Below are positions 35,965 to 47,345 of a stretch of DNA of 60,507 bases, piece by piece (position 1 is the stretch's first letter; each line of letters opens with the position of its first letter). The stretch comes from a virus (Duplodnaviria; Caudoviricetes), in IMG/VR virus record IMGVR_UViG_3300030118_003585, positions 1-60,507 of that record; one strand, 5' to 3'. The notes under the pieces were generated by a model. The model saw nothing but the letters and a program-made list of their open reading frames with translations, had not been told where the DNA came from and did no database searches. A program made the translations under genes and the position numbers.

Positions 35965-38382
35965 ATGGCAAAAACACCAACAAAAGGCATATTTCCTAGT
36001 CAAGCTGTTAGCGATGTTGAGAAAATGGATCCTCAATATGGTTTACAGGTTGCAAAAGCTATAGAGTCTGAGTGGTTTAAACGCGACTCAGGTAGTTCTA
36101 GGTATTATGCTAATAGAGATAATTTTCATAGATTAAGATTATATGCAAGAGGAGAACAAAGTATACAAAAATATAAAGATGAATTATCTATAAACGGTGA
36201 TTTGTCTTATTTAAATTTAGACTGGAAGCCAGTACCTATAATACCTAAATTTGTAGATATAGTAGTAAATGGTATATCAGAACGTATGTATGATATAAAA
36301 GCATATTCACAAGATCCATCAGCTTTAAAACAAAAAACTGAATATGTAGCAAATTTACAAAGAGACATGCTTAACAGACAGTTGATAGAAAAAATACAAC
36401 AAACGTTAGGCGTTAATACTCGAAGATCACAAACAGATTATATACCTGAAAATGATGAAGAGTTACAATTACATATGCAACTTAATTACAAGCAGTCTAT
36501 AGAAATAGCAGAAGAGCAAGCTATAAATAACGTTTTCGACTATAATAAATATGAATTATTAAAGAAAAGACTTGATTATGATTTAACAGTAATAGGTATA
36601 TCAGCTGTTAAAAATAGTTTTAATACTGCAGAAGGTATAAAATTAGAATATGTTGATCCTGCCGATTTAGTATATTCTTATAGTGACTCACCTTATTTTG
36701 ATGATATATACTATGTAGGTGAAGTTAGAAAAGTTAGTATAGTTGATTTAAAAAAGCAGTTTCCTAATTTAACTGATGAGTATATAAATAAAATACAAGG
36801 TTATGGTAGTAATGCTTTAATGATAAATAAAAGCTATAATACTAACGATGATAATGATAGAAATTATGTTTATGTTTTATATTTTGAGTATAAAACTTAT
36901 GAAAACCAAGTATATAAAATAAAACAAACATCTACTGGTGCAGATAAAGCAATTAAAAAAACTGATACTTTTAATCCACCAAAAGACGCAAGATCACGAT
37001 TTGAAAAAGTTAATAGAAGTATAGAGTGTTTATATGAAGGTGCAAAAATAATAGGTTCAGAGGATATGTTAATGTGGAATAAAGCAATTAACATGACAAG
37101 ACCTAAGTCAGATACTACAAAAGTGCAAATGAGTTATAATATAGTTGCGCCTCGTATGTACAAAGGTAAAATAGAATCTCTTGTTAGCCGTATGACTAGT
37201 TTTGCAGATATGATACAGTTAACACATTTAAAATTACAACAAGTGTTATCACGTATGGTACCTGACGGTGTATTTTTAGATGCTGATGGTATTGCAGAAA
37301 TAGATTTAGGTAACGGTACTAATTATAATCCACAAGAAGCTTTAAACATGTATTTTCAAACTGGTAGTGTTATAGGTAGATCAATGACACAAGACGGTGA
37401 TTTTAATAATGCAAGAGTACCTATACAAGAGCTTAGAACAGGCGGTGGTAATAATAAAATTGGTCCATTAATTAATTCTTATAATTATTATTTACAAATG
37501 ATGAGAGATGTTACTGGATTAAATGAAGCAAGAGATGGTACAACACCAGATAAAAATGCTTTAGTAGGTTTACAAAAATTAGCAGCGGCTAATAGTAATA
37601 CTGCTACAAGACATATATTACAATCAGGTTTGTATTTAACACTAAAAACAGCAGAAGCAATATCATTACGTATATCGGATGTTTTAGAGTTTTCTAATAC
37701 TTCAAACGCTTTTATAGCTGGTATAGGTAAATTTAATGTTGCTACGTTAAGAGAAGTAGCAGAATTACATTTACATGACTTTGGTATATTTTTAGAGTTA
37801 GCACCTGATGAAGAACAAAAACAATTATTAGAAAATAATATACAACAAGCTTTAGCTCAAAAAAGTATACATTTAGAAGACGCTATAGATGTTAGAGAAA
37901 TTAAAAATTTAAAACTTGCAAATCAACTTTTAAAATTAAGAAGAAAAAGAAAACAAGCTGAAGATCGACAAGTAGCTTTACAAAATATACAAGCACAGTC
38001 TGAAAGTAATGCTAAAGCTGCACAAGCAGCCGCTACTGTTGAAATGCAAAAAGAACAAGCGCTAGCACAAACTAAAGTACAAGTAAACAAAGCGCAGCAT
38101 TTATTAAATGTAAATATGCTTGAAAAAGAAGCAATGATTAAAAAAGAACTTATGATACACGAGTTTGAGCTTAATTTAAAGCTTAAACAAATGGAATTAC
38201 AAGTAATTAATAATAAAGATACGATGAAAGAAGATCGTAAAGATAAAAGAACAAAAATACAAGCTACACAACAAAGTGAGCTTATAAACCAAAGGCAAAC
38301 AGGCAAGCCACCAAAAAATTTCGAGTCGGCTGGTTTTGATAATCTAGGCGGTTTTGGTTTAGAACAATTTGAGCCTAGATAA
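35965..38382 (+). CDS. portal protein
   Basis: 805 aa after terL; PIIPKFVDIVVNG, RDVTGLNEARDG, C-terminal coiled-coil barrel. Confidence 0.85.
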   Translation: MAKTPTKGIFPSQAVSDVEKMDPQYGLQVAKAIESEWFKRDSGSSRYYANRDNFHRLRLYARGEQSIQKYKDELSINGDLSYLNLDWKPVPIIPKFVDIVVNGISERMYDIKAYSQDPSALKQKTEYVANLQRDMLNRQLIEKIQQTLGVNTRRSQTDYIPENDEELQLHMQLNYKQSIEIAEEQAINNVFDYNKYELLKKRLDYDLTVIGISAVKNSFNTAEGIKLEYVDPADLVYSYSDSPYFDDIYYVGEVRKVSIVDLKKQFPNLTDEYINKIQGYGSNALMINKSYNTNDDNDRNYVYVLYFEYKTYENQVYKIKQTSTGADKAIKKTDTFNPPKDARSRFEKVNRSIECLYEGAKIIGSEDMLMWNKAINMTRPKSDTTKVQMSYNIVAPRMYKGKIESLVSRMTSFADMIQLTHLKLQQVLSRMVPDGVFLDADGIAEIDLGNGTNYNPQEALNMYFQTGSVIGRSMTQDGDFNNARVPIQELRTGGGNNKIGPLINSYNYYLQMMRDVTGLNEARDGTTPDKNALVGLQKLAAANSNTATRHILQSGLYLTLKTAEAISLRISDVLEFSNTSNAFIAGIGKFNVATLREVAELHLHDFGIFLELAPDEEQKQLLENNIQQALAQKSIHLEDAIDVREIKNLKLANQLLKLRRKRKQAEDRQVALQNIQAQSESNAKAAQAAATVEMQKEQALAQTKVQVNKAQHLLNVNMLEKEAMIKKELMIHEFELNLKLKQMELQVINNKDTMKEDRKDKRTKIQATQQSELINQRQTGKPPKNFESAGFDNLGGFGLEQFEPR

Positions 38383-38403
38383 AATATTTAATACTATTAT
38401 ATT

Positions 38404-39594
38404 ATGTCAGAAAATAAAAACGTTGCTGAAGCAGCAGTTGATGAAACTCCTTCAGTACAAGAAACAGAAACAAAATTAGCAAAAGACTCTGGAACAGTTG
38501 TTGAACAAGACGGAGTTTATAAAGTAGATTTAACAAAAAAACCAGATCAAAATGCCGTTCAAGAGCAAAGCACAGATGAGGTACCTGTACGCGACGAACC
38601 CGAAGCTAGCGAAAAAGTGGTCGAAAAAGTACAAGAACAGGAAGAACCTACCGGAGAAAGTCAAGAAGAAAAAACGATAGAGCTAGTTAATGAAGAGTCT
38701 GTTGAAGAAAAAACAGAGCCTACAGAACAAAAAGTAGAAGAAAAAATACCTGAACCACAAGTACAACTACCTCCGGGTGTTGACAAACTTGTAAGTTTTT
38801 TACAAGAAACAGGTGGTAGCATGGAAGACTATGTAAGATTAAATCAGGACTTTGATAGTTATGATGATAGCACTTTAATATCAGAATACTATAAACAAAC
38901 AAAGCCACATCTAAACATGGAAGAAATAAATTTTTTATTGGAAGATAAATTTAGTTACAATGAAGATGAAGATGATCCAATAAATATTAAACGTAAAAAA
39001 CTTGCTTATAAAGAAGAAATAGCAAGTGCTAGAAATTATTTATCTAGTCAAAAGAATAAATATTATGAAGACATAAAATCAGGCGCTAATGCTTCACCAG
39101 AAGTAAAAGAAGCCTTAGGTTTTTATAATAATTATAAAAAAGAACAGGAAGAACTAACTGTTCGACAGCAAAAATTGGCTGAACATTTTAAAAACAAAAC
39201 AAATAATCTTTTCAACGATAATTTCAAAGGTTTTGATTTCAAAGTAGGTGAAAATAAATATAGGTTTAATGTTAAAGATGTTCAAAGTACCAAGGAAGTT
39301 CAAAGTGATATTTTAAAAACATTTAAGACGTTCTTAGATAAAGATAATATGCTTAACGATGCCAAAGGTTATCATAAAGCTTTATTTGCTGCTAGAAACG
39401 CTGATAGTATTGCGAGTCATTTTTATGAACAAGGTAAAGCAGATGCAATAAAACAAATATCTGCAGAATCTAAAAATATAAACATGGATCCAAGACGTGC
39501 TGCTCAAAACAATGAAACTACTGGTTTTAAAGTTAGAGCATTATCTGGCGATGATAGTTCAAAATTAAAAGTTAAAATAAGAAAATCAATTTAA
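38404..39594 (+). CDS. capsid scaffolding protein (putative)
   Basis: Acidic disordered N-terminus, helical; between portal and capsid. Confidence 0.65.
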   Translation: MSENKNVAEAAVDETPSVQETETKLAKDSGTVVEQDGVYKVDLTKKPDQNAVQEQSTDEVPVRDEPEASEKVVEKVQEQEEPTGESQEEKTIELVNEESVEEKTEPTEQKVEEKIPEPQVQLPPGVDKLVSFLQETGGSMEDYVRLNQDFDSYDDSTLISEYYKQTKPHLNMEEINFLLEDKFSYNEDEDDPINIKRKKLAYKEEIASARNYLSSQKNKYYEDIKSGANASPEVKEALGFYNNYKKEQEELTVRQQKLAEHFKNKTNNLFNDNFKGFDFKVGENKYRFNVKDVQSTKEVQSDILKTFKTFLDKDNMLNDAKGYHKALFAARNADSIASHFYEQGKADAIKQISAESKNINMDPRRAAQNNETTGFKVRALSGDDSSKLKVKIRKSI

Positions 39595-39605
39595 AAATTT
39601 AAAAT

Positions 39606-41027
39606 ATGGCAATTACATTAGGTAGTGGAGGCGTAGTCCCTTCACCAGTCAAACAAGCTGCTTCTAGTAATTACTTAAATTTCCACAACGGTGACGGAAC
39701 ACCTGTTACTGACTGGGCACAACAATATCTACCAGAGCTTTATGCTGCTGAAGTAGAAAAGTTTGGTAACAGATCAGTATCTGGTTTTTTAAGTATGGTA
39801 GGCGCAGAAATGCCGATGGCTTCAGATCAAGTTATTTGGTCAGAACAAGGCAGACTACATTTACATTATACAGGTGCTACTTTGGGTGCAGACTCAGGTG
39901 GCGCTAACACAATAACAGGTTTAACAAGTCATGCGATCAGACTTAACGATTTAGTTGTTATTGGTGACGATGAGTCAGAAGTAAAAGCAATAGTTACTGC
40001 AATTCCAAATGCTAACTCAATTACAGTAAAATGTTTGAGCAATAGCACTGGTTGTAATGATGCAGGTATAACTACAGTAGCATCTAAAACTAAACTATTT
40101 GTTTTTGGTTCTGAGTTTAAAAAAGGTACGGTAGGACAAACAGAAGCAATTGAGCCAAAGTTTTTATCACTAACAAATAAACCTTTTATCATTAAAGATT
40201 TTTATAAAGTTTCAGGTTCTGATGCTAGCCAAATTGGTTGGGTTGAAGTAACAGGTGAAGGTGGTCAATCCGGTTTTATGTGGTACTTAAAAGCAGAAGG
40301 TGATACAAGAATGAGATTTAATGATTATTTAGAAATGTCTATTATTGAAGCTGAAAAAGTTGTTAATACTAATATTTCTGAAGCAGAAGGATCTGAAGGA
40401 TTATTTGCAGCGATTAAAGACAGAGGTCATTTTAATTCTGAAATAGATAACACTGGTAGTGGTGCAGCTGCAGCTAACTTAGCAGATTTTGATGCTATGT
40501 TAAAAAAGTTGGACAAACAAGGTGCTATTGAAGAAAACGTAATCTTTGCAAATAAAAGCTTATCATTAACTATTGATGATATGCTAGCAGGTATTGGTAA
40601 TGCTGGATATTCAAATGGTACATCTTTTGGTGTATTCCAAAACTCTGAAGACATGGCGTTAAATTTAGGTTTTTCTGGTTTTAGAAGAGGTGGTTATGAC
40701 TTCTATAAAACTGATTGGAAATACTTAAACGACGCAGCAACTAGAGGTATATTTGATGCTGATGGCAACGATACTTTTGTAAGAGGCGTAGTAGTACCAG
40801 CAGGAACTTCAACTGTTTATGATCAAGTTATCGGTAAAAACTTAAAAAGACCTTATCTACATGTTAGATATAGAGCTTCTGAGTCTGATAGCAGAAAAAT
40901 GAAAATTTGGGTTACTGGTTCTGTAGGTGCAGCAACTTCTGATCTAGACGCTATGAATGTACATTACTTATCTGAAAGATGTTTAGTTGTACAAGGCGCA
41001 AACAACTTTGTATTAATTAACGGTTAA
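39606..41027 (+). CDS. major capsid protein
   Basis: 473 aa after the scaffold, followed by a terminator; WSEQGRLH, SEGLFAAI motifs. Confidence 0.8.
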   Translation: MAITLGSGGVVPSPVKQAASSNYLNFHNGDGTPVTDWAQQYLPELYAAEVEKFGNRSVSGFLSMVGAEMPMASDQVIWSEQGRLHLHYTGATLGADSGGANTITGLTSHAIRLNDLVVIGDDESEVKAIVTAIPNANSITVKCLSNSTGCNDAGITTVASKTKLFVFGSEFKKGTVGQTEAIEPKFLSLTNKPFIIKDFYKVSGSDASQIGWVEVTGEGGQSGFMWYLKAEGDTRMRFNDYLEMSIIEAEKVVNTNISEAEGSEGLFAAIKDRGHFNSEIDNTGSGAAAANLADFDAMLKKLDKQGAIEENVIFANKSLSLTIDDMLAGIGNAGYSNGTSFGVFQNSEDMALNLGFSGFRRGGYDFYKTDWKYLNDAATRGIFDADGNDTFVRGVVVPAGTSTVYDQVIGKNLKRPYLHVRYRASESDSRKMKIWVTGSVGAATSDLDAMNVHYLSERCLVVQGANNFVLING

Positions 41028-41046
41028 TACTTGTTAAAATAATGCT

Positions 41047-41069
41047 AGCCCCTGTTAATTCAGGGGTTT
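41047..41069 (+). terminator. intrinsic terminator after the capsid gene
   Basis: AGCCCCTG-TTAATT-CAGGGGTT-T. Confidence 0.6.
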
Positions 41070-41103
41070 GCATTATATTTTAATTATTATATATTATTTT
41101 ATT

Positions 41104-41856
41104 ATGAAAGAAACTAAAGAAAAAAAGAAAAAAGACACATGGGTACTTAAAGATCGTATCTATATGTTAAAAAACAATGTATCTCCAGTAACATATACTA
41201 TTAAATCAAAAAATATTTATTGGTTTGATGAAGAAAAAGGTTACGAAAGAGAACTAAAATATACGGTAAATCAAAAAACACCATTTGTAGATGAGTTCAA
41301 AGGGCCAGAAACATTAGGTCATGTTATTTTTGAAGATGGTGTTTTAAGAGTGCCAAGAGAAAAACAAACATTACAAAAACTATTAAGCTTATATCACCCT
41401 AAAAGAAACATACTTTTTTATGAGTATGATCCTGAAGTAGAAGCTAAAGACGAAGTAGATATTATAGAACTAGAAATAGAAGCTTTATTATTAGCAAAAC
41501 AAATGGAATTAGCACAAGCAGAAGCTATAGTAAGGGTAAACGTTGGCTCTGAGGTGTCTAAGATGACATCTAAAGAGATTAAACGTGATTTATTAGTATT
41601 TGCTAAAAAAGATCCTGAGTTGTTCTTAGAATTAGCTAATGACGAAAATATTGAATTAAGAAATATTGGTATAAAAGCAATAGAACAATCAATTATTACG
41701 TTATCGCCAGACAGAAGAACAATAAATTGGGCTAGTACAAATAAAAAATTAATGACAGTACCTTTTGACGAAAACCCATATTCAGCATTAGCTGCGTGGT
41801 TTAAAACTGATGAAGGTGTTGAAGTTTTAAAAACTATAGAAAAAAAGCTAGCATAA
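41104..41856 (+). CDS. conserved hypothetical virion-module protein
   Basis: ORF after the capsid gene. Confidence 0.7.
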   Translation: MKETKEKKKKDTWVLKDRIYMLKNNVSPVTYTIKSKNIYWFDEEKGYERELKYTVNQKTPFVDEFKGPETLGHVIFEDGVLRVPREKQTLQKLLSLYHPKRNILFYEYDPEVEAKDEVDIIELEIEALLLAKQMELAQAEAIVRVNVGSEVSKMTSKEIKRDLLVFAKKDPELFLELANDENIELRNIGIKAIEQSIITLSPDRRTINWASTNKKLMTVPFDENPYSALAAWFKTDEGVEVLKTIEKKLA

Positions 41857-41865
41857 ATTATAGCG

Positions 41866-41891
41866 GTTAGGCCGCTTAATTGCGGCTTAAT
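41866..41891 (+). terminator. hairpin between structural genes
   Basis: TTAGGCCGC-TTAATT-GCGGCTTAA. Confidence 0.45.
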
Positions 41892-41911
41892 CCTATATAA
41901 TAAATAAAAAT

Positions 41912-42649
41912 ATGGCTATAAACGTAAATTCAGTATACAGAACAGTTTTAACAATTTTAAATAAAGAAGAAAGAGGAACATTAACACCAGATGCTTATAA
42001 TAGATTAGCTAGACAAGCTCAAATTGAGTTATTAGATAAAGCATTTTATGATTATAATAGAGCTATTTTAAAAATTAATGCTGGTGGTGCTGTAGATGAA
42101 TATGGCGATATTGAAGAAAAAATTACAGATAAAATAGATCCATTTTATAAAGCATCAGATATAACATTAACTAATGGCTTAGGTACATTACCAACTGATA
42201 TTTATAAAATAATTAAAATTACAATTACTAACAAAACAATAGAACTAGAAAGAGTTAACAAACATAAACTTTCATATTTATTGTCATCTCCACTAACAAA
42301 ACCTAGCGCATCATTTCCAGTTTATTATGTTAGAGCAAACCCAAGCGCAGTACAAGACATAATAGTTGAACCAGCTTTTACAGATCAAAGTTGGACACTA
42401 GGTGATTTAAACATAGAATATATTAAAAAACCAACTGCACCTATATGGGCATTTACAACTGAATCAGTTAGTGGTGTAAATACTAAAAGACACGACGCAA
42501 CTAATAGCGTAAACTTTGAATTACATCCAACAGATGAACCAGATTTAGTAACAAAAATATTATCATATTTAGGTGTGATATTAAAAGATCCAGCCTTATT
42601 ACAAGCTGCATCGCAAAAAATTCAAAATGACTTTATTAAAGAACAATAA
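41912..42649 (+). CDS. putative head-tail adaptor/tail ring protein
   Basis: Position and size; helical ends with a beta core (IEYIKKP). Confidence 0.55.
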   Translation: MAINVNSVYRTVLTILNKEERGTLTPDAYNRLARQAQIELLDKAFYDYNRAILKINAGGAVDEYGDIEEKITDKIDPFYKASDITLTNGLGTLPTDIYKIIKITITNKTIELERVNKHKLSYLLSSPLTKPSASFPVYYVRANPSAVQDIIVEPAFTDQSWTLGDLNIEYIKKPTAPIWAFTTESVSGVNTKRHDATNSVNFELHPTDEPDLVTKILSYLGVILKDPALLQAASQKIQNDFIKEQ

Positions 42650-43761
42650 TGGGATTATTAGATAACAAAACAGATCAGTCGTATTACGCAGGTTCGCAGA
42701 ACTTTACGTATACAAGTGGTAATCAAACATTTACTTTATCAACATTGAGCCCGATGCCTACACTAGCAAGCGAGTTTAATGTTTTCATAAATGGTTTAGT
42801 TACAAGTAGTTCTAATATAGCTTATAATAATTCTAGTAAAGTTGTAACAATATCTAACGTTACATTAAGCGCAAATGATCTTATAACAGTTACTTTAAAA
42901 TCAAAAGTATTTGGTACTTATAGATATATATCATTAGTTGATATTATAAATAACTATATGATAGCTTATGTAGGTAACGGTAAATTAATTAATAAAGCAA
43001 GAAGAAGTGATGTTTTATTTCATGCAAAAAGAGGTATACAAGAGTTTGCTTACGATATTACAAGAGTAGAAAAAATACAAGAAGTTGAAGTTGGACCTAC
43101 ATTATCAATACCTATGCCAAAAGATTATGTTAGTATAGTTAATATTTCATGGGTTGACCTAGCTGGTATAGAACATCCAATACCTAAAGGTAGAATAACA
43201 TCAAAACCATCAGAAGCAGTTGCACAAGACAGTGATTTTAATTATACGTTTGACGCAGATGGCAACTTAATTAAATCAACATCATTAACTAGTGAAAGGT
43301 TTAAAGACTTTAACAATGGCACATTAACACATGCTTATACAAATGATGACTACTTTTTTAATCAAGAGTTTCCTGAAGAAAAATTAATAGAGTCAGGTAA
43401 AAGGTTTGGTGGTGAACCTGAATTAATGAATCGTAATGGTATATATATTATTGATGAAGCAAATGGTACAATAAACTTTAGTAGTGAAATAAATGAAAAA
43501 CTAGTAAACATAAGATATATATCTGATAGTTTAGGTAGTGATGCTGAAATGAAAGTGCACAAGTTTGCAGAAGACGCAATATACAAATATATTAGTTTTA
43601 GTTTAGCTAATACAAAAGTAGGTTTACCAGAGTATATTATTAATAGATTAAGAAAAGATAAACGAGCTGCAATGCGTAATGCTAAAATTAGATTATATGA
43701 AATAAGTTTATCAGAGATTAATCAAACCATGAAAGGTAAAAGTAAACATATAAAACATTAA
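42649..43761 (+). CDS. putative tail ring/structural protein
   Basis: MPKDYV motif; position in the tail module. Confidence 0.55.
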   Translation: MGLLDNKTDQSYYAGSQNFTYTSGNQTFTLSTLSPMPTLASEFNVFINGLVTSSSNIAYNNSSKVVTISNVTLSANDLITVTLKSKVFGTYRYISLVDIINNYMIAYVGNGKLINKARRSDVLFHAKRGIQEFAYDITRVEKIQEVEVGPTLSIPMPKDYVSIVNISWVDLAGIEHPIPKGRITSKPSEAVAQDSDFNYTFDADGNLIKSTSLTSERFKDFNNGTLTHAYTNDDYFFNQEFPEEKLIESGKRFGGEPELMNRNGIYIIDEANGTINFSSEINEKLVNIRYISDSLGSDAEMKVHKFAEDAIYKYISFSLANTKVGLPEYIINRLRKDKRAAMRNAKIRLYEISLSEINQTMKGKSKHIKH

Positions 43762-43764
43762 TAA

Positions 43765-46700
43765 ATGCCGGATATTAAAAATACCTTTGTAAAAGGTAAA
43801 ATGAATAAGGACTTAGATCCTCGTTTAATACCGCCTGGAGAATATTTAGAAGCGGTAAATGCTTATATATCCAAAAGTGAAAAAAGCGACGCTGGCACAG
43901 TACAAACAATATCAAGCAACACGCAAGTTGCAAACGTAAGAGGTAGCGGTGTAACTGGTACTTTTTTTCCAAGAACAGATTATGGATCTAGTGGTAACGA
44001 CTCATTTGGTACAGCTATACGTTTTGAAACAATAGGTTATTATGTAGATGAAGAAAATGATTGTGTATATTGGTTTATAACTAGTTATCCAGGTATTGAC
44101 TCAGGTTTTCATAGAGCAAAATTAAATACACACGACTGTGGTATATTTAAATATGATTTAAGTAGTGGATTAACTACTGTAGTTTTAAAAAGCGTATACT
44201 TAAACTTTGCTAAGTCACATCCTATAATACATGTAAATAAAATAGATGATTTATTATTTTGGACTGATAACTTAAATCAACCGCGTGTATATAATTTAAC
44301 TTCTAATTATTTACCTTATAGCAGTGTTAATGGTGGTAATTTAGAAGATCAATTAAGTGTAGCAAAACTTGCACCATATTTAGCACCAAGATTTTTAACG
44401 CCAAAATATATTTTACAAACTAACGGAACAGTAAATAACTCAACTACCGTAACAATAGACGCTCCACCTTCAGATTTAGCTACTGATTTATCTGCAGGTG
44501 TTAAATTTTTAGTAAGACATGTAGCTATAGATGATGATGTAAAAGTAGTAAGTGTTTCTGGTACTAATAATACAACATTAACATTAAATAAAGCTATAAC
44601 GTTAACAAAAGATGATCAAAAACTAACATTAGTAACTGGTTCAATGATAAACAGTACTGATCAAAGTATTGATAATAAATATATAAAAGAGCGTTTTGTT
44701 AGGTTTTCATATAGATATAAATTTGCAGATAATACTTTTTCTACTTTTGCACCGTTTTCACAAATAGCTTTTATACCAGCACTTGGTACTTTAACAGATG
44801 ATTTACAAAAAGAAGCATATCAAACTACAAAGCTTAATACTTTTGTAAACAATGTAAATCAACTAGAACTTGAGCTAATATTACCTTCTAATAGACCATT
44901 TTTACATTATCATATAAAAGAAATAGAAATATTAATTAAAGAGTCTGATGACTTAGCTGTAAAAGTATTAGATACAATAGATGTATCAGAAAATCAAAAT
45001 GCTACTTCAGGCGCAATGTTTGATTTACGTAAAGATGTATCAACTATAACTGCTGGCGCTATAGGTTCAACTAAATTAAAAGCATACATAAACAATATAA
45101 ACGAGTCTGCAAATGCTGATAATAGTTTATTTAATAATAGACAAACTGATCTTTATTATGTTTATAGATCAGAACAAGGTTTTAAAACGTTACCAGAAGC
45201 ACAAACATTAAGAACTTTTGATAAAGTACCTACAAAAGCTTTAGCACAAGAAGTATCAGGTAACAGAGTTATATATGGTAATTTTACAACAGGTAAAGTT
45301 TTACCAACTATAGATTATGTTGTTAGCAGTGGTTTAAAAAACAATGATGATGAATTTTTGTATGGTGAACTACCTAGACATACTCTAAAACAAAATAGAA
45401 CTTATGTTGTTGGTGTAGTATTAGCTGATCGTTATGGAAGACAGTCACCAGTTTTATTAGCAAAAGACTCATCTTCGTCGCTTTTACATCGTAGAGCATC
45501 TAAGTCTGATACTTGGCCAGGCGATTGTTTAAAAATTACATTTAACGATATTATAGCGCCAACTAATCAGCTTTATGACTATGGTACTTATGATACTATA
45601 AATCCTTTAGGTTGGTACTCATATAGAGTTGTAGTGAAACAATTACAACAAGAATATTATAATGTATACACGCCAGGCGTAACAATATACCCTTCAAGTT
45701 CAACAAATGCAGGTTTTGGTTATTTAGCTTTATACGGTGACAATATAAATAAAATACCAAGAAACGAAATAAACCAAAATTTAGATATTGATTTAGCAAC
45801 TAGTAATGTTAAACTACATGGTATAGTAGAAAACAAAGATCAAACAGGTTTACAAACATCAGAACACTCAATAATTAGTATTGGTAAATTAAAAGATTTA
45901 GGTATACCACAAGCAGACCAAGATGAATTTTTTGGTGGCACTGGCGTTACTGATGGTGATGCTAAAAATTATTTGTTTGCACAAATGAAAAATGATTTTG
46001 GTGAGTTACATAGTGTAAATGCTAATAATGCTGATGATAACTTAGCTGTTTTTGAAACTGCACCATTTGAAAGTAAAATAGATATATTTTATGAAACATC
46101 AACATCTGGTTTAATAAAAGATTTAAATACTAAAATATTATCAGGTACATCTAATATACCATTTGCTGCTAGTCTAAGTGCTACAAGTTTTGCTGAAAGT
46201 GCTACAGAAAATAGTTTTTTAGCAAACTTAGTTATAAAAGATAATGCAGACAATACTTTAAGTAATTCAAGTCATAGTTTAGCTGTAACAATAACTTCTA
46301 TACAAAGAAGTAACAGCCCTGATCCTGGCACGCCATTTAGTTTTACATTAGATAATGGTGTGTATAAATTAAAATTACTAACCGCACAACAGTTTTTAGG
46401 TACAGGCAAAAATATATTTACAATTAATTTTACAGCAACAACTTCAACAGGTTCTGCTAATTTTTCTTTAGACGTAAATATAACTAATGTAGCTCCTTCT
46501 GCTTTTAATAATGCTACACCATCAAATACAAGTACAGCTAATATAAGTTATACTCCAGGTGTTACAGGTACTTTAACTACAGTAAACGTAAGTGGTGTTA
46601 TAAAAGCGATAAACGGTAGTAGTAGCACATCAAAACAAACAGAAAATTTAACTTTTTCTAAACTAAGTGGTAGTGCAAAAGTTGATGTTAGTTCTGCAGG

Positions 46701-47340
46701 AGTAATATCACTAAACACAGCTATAGGCTCTACAGAAGCAACAAATACATTTGTTTTAAGAACTACAGATATTGGAGGTTTAACACACGATTTAACAGTA
46801 AGTTTGGTTTTGGGTACGACAAATTATATTGAAATAAATACTACTTGTGGTGGTACAACTACACCTAGATTTAATTTTTATGATTTATGTTATGGCGGTG
46901 ATCAAGGAGAACAAGGTGATAAAGAACAATATGAGTTTGTACCAAGTGTACCATGTATTGTAGAAATAAGTGGTGCCTGTAGTGGTAATTTTCAAAAATT
47001 TACTTCAAATAACACAGAGAGAACACACAATAGTCCACAAGTAAATCCTGCGCCTGCAGCTGAAATATTCGAGTCAATACAGGTAAGTGGTACAACAATT
47101 TTACAATTAAGTGATTTAGGTAGCGCTCCTAATAATTCTAATAATGAATATAGGTTTTTCTATAGACCAGGTACTGGAACTACAGCAAACGCAAGTAACT
47201 TTAATGTAACAATAAACAGCGTTGTATATACATTGATCGTAGGTGCAAACGGTAGAAGTATATTTACACCTATAAAATTTTATTTAGTACCAGTAGCTAA
47301 TTTAACAACAACACAACATACTAATTCACCATTAAGTTAA
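43765..47340 (+). CDS. tail nozzle/stabilisation protein with Ig/cadherin-like extensions
   Basis: F-x-x-GKMNKDLDPRL...EY-x-x-A-x-N start, LFWTD-x-x-NQPR, RFSYRYKF, NRVIYGNF. Confidence 0.7.
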   Translation: MPDIKNTFVKGKMNKDLDPRLIPPGEYLEAVNAYISKSEKSDAGTVQTISSNTQVANVRGSGVTGTFFPRTDYGSSGNDSFGTAIRFETIGYYVDEENDCVYWFITSYPGIDSGFHRAKLNTHDCGIFKYDLSSGLTTVVLKSVYLNFAKSHPIIHVNKIDDLLFWTDNLNQPRVYNLTSNYLPYSSVNGGNLEDQLSVAKLAPYLAPRFLTPKYILQTNGTVNNSTTVTIDAPPSDLATDLSAGVKFLVRHVAIDDDVKVVSVSGTNNTTLTLNKAITLTKDDQKLTLVTGSMINSTDQSIDNKYIKERFVRFSYRYKFADNTFSTFAPFSQIAFIPALGTLTDDLQKEAYQTTKLNTFVNNVNQLELELILPSNRPFLHYHIKEIEILIKESDDLAVKVLDTIDVSENQNATSGAMFDLRKDVSTITAGAIGSTKLKAYINNINESANADNSLFNNRQTDLYYVYRSEQGFKTLPEAQTLRTFDKVPTKALAQEVSGNRVIYGNFTTGKVLPTIDYVVSSGLKNNDDEFLYGELPRHTLKQNRTYVVGVVLADRYGRQSPVLLAKDSSSSLLHRRASKSDTWPGDCLKITFNDIIAPTNQLYDYGTYDTINPLGWYSYRVVVKQLQQEYYNVYTPGVTIYPSSSTNAGFGYLALYGDNINKIPRNEINQNLDIDLATSNVKLHGIVENKDQTGLQTSEHSIISIGKLKDLGIPQADQDEFFGGTGVTDGDAKNYLFAQMKNDFGELHSVNANNADDNLAVFETAPFESKIDIFYETSTSGLIKDLNTKILSGTSNIPFAASLSATSFAESATENSFLANLVIKDNADNTLSNSSHSLAVTITSIQRSNSPDPGTPFSFTLDNGVYKLKLLTAQQFLGTGKNIFTINFTATTSTGSANFSLDVNITNVAPSAFNNATPSNTSTANISYTPGVTGTLTTVNVSGVIKAINGSSSTSKQTENLTFSKLSGSAKVDVSSAGVISLNTAIGSTEATNTFVLRTTDIGGLTHDLTVSLVLGTTNYIEINTTCGGTTTPRFNFYDLCYGGDQGEQGDKEQYEFVPSVPCIVEISGACSGNFQKFTSNNTERTHNSPQVNPAPAAEIFESIQVSGTTILQLSDLGSAPNNSNNEYRFFYRPGTGTTANASNFNVTINSVVYTLIVGANGRSIFTPIKFYLVPVANLTTTQHTNSPLS

Positions 47341-47345
47341 TAATT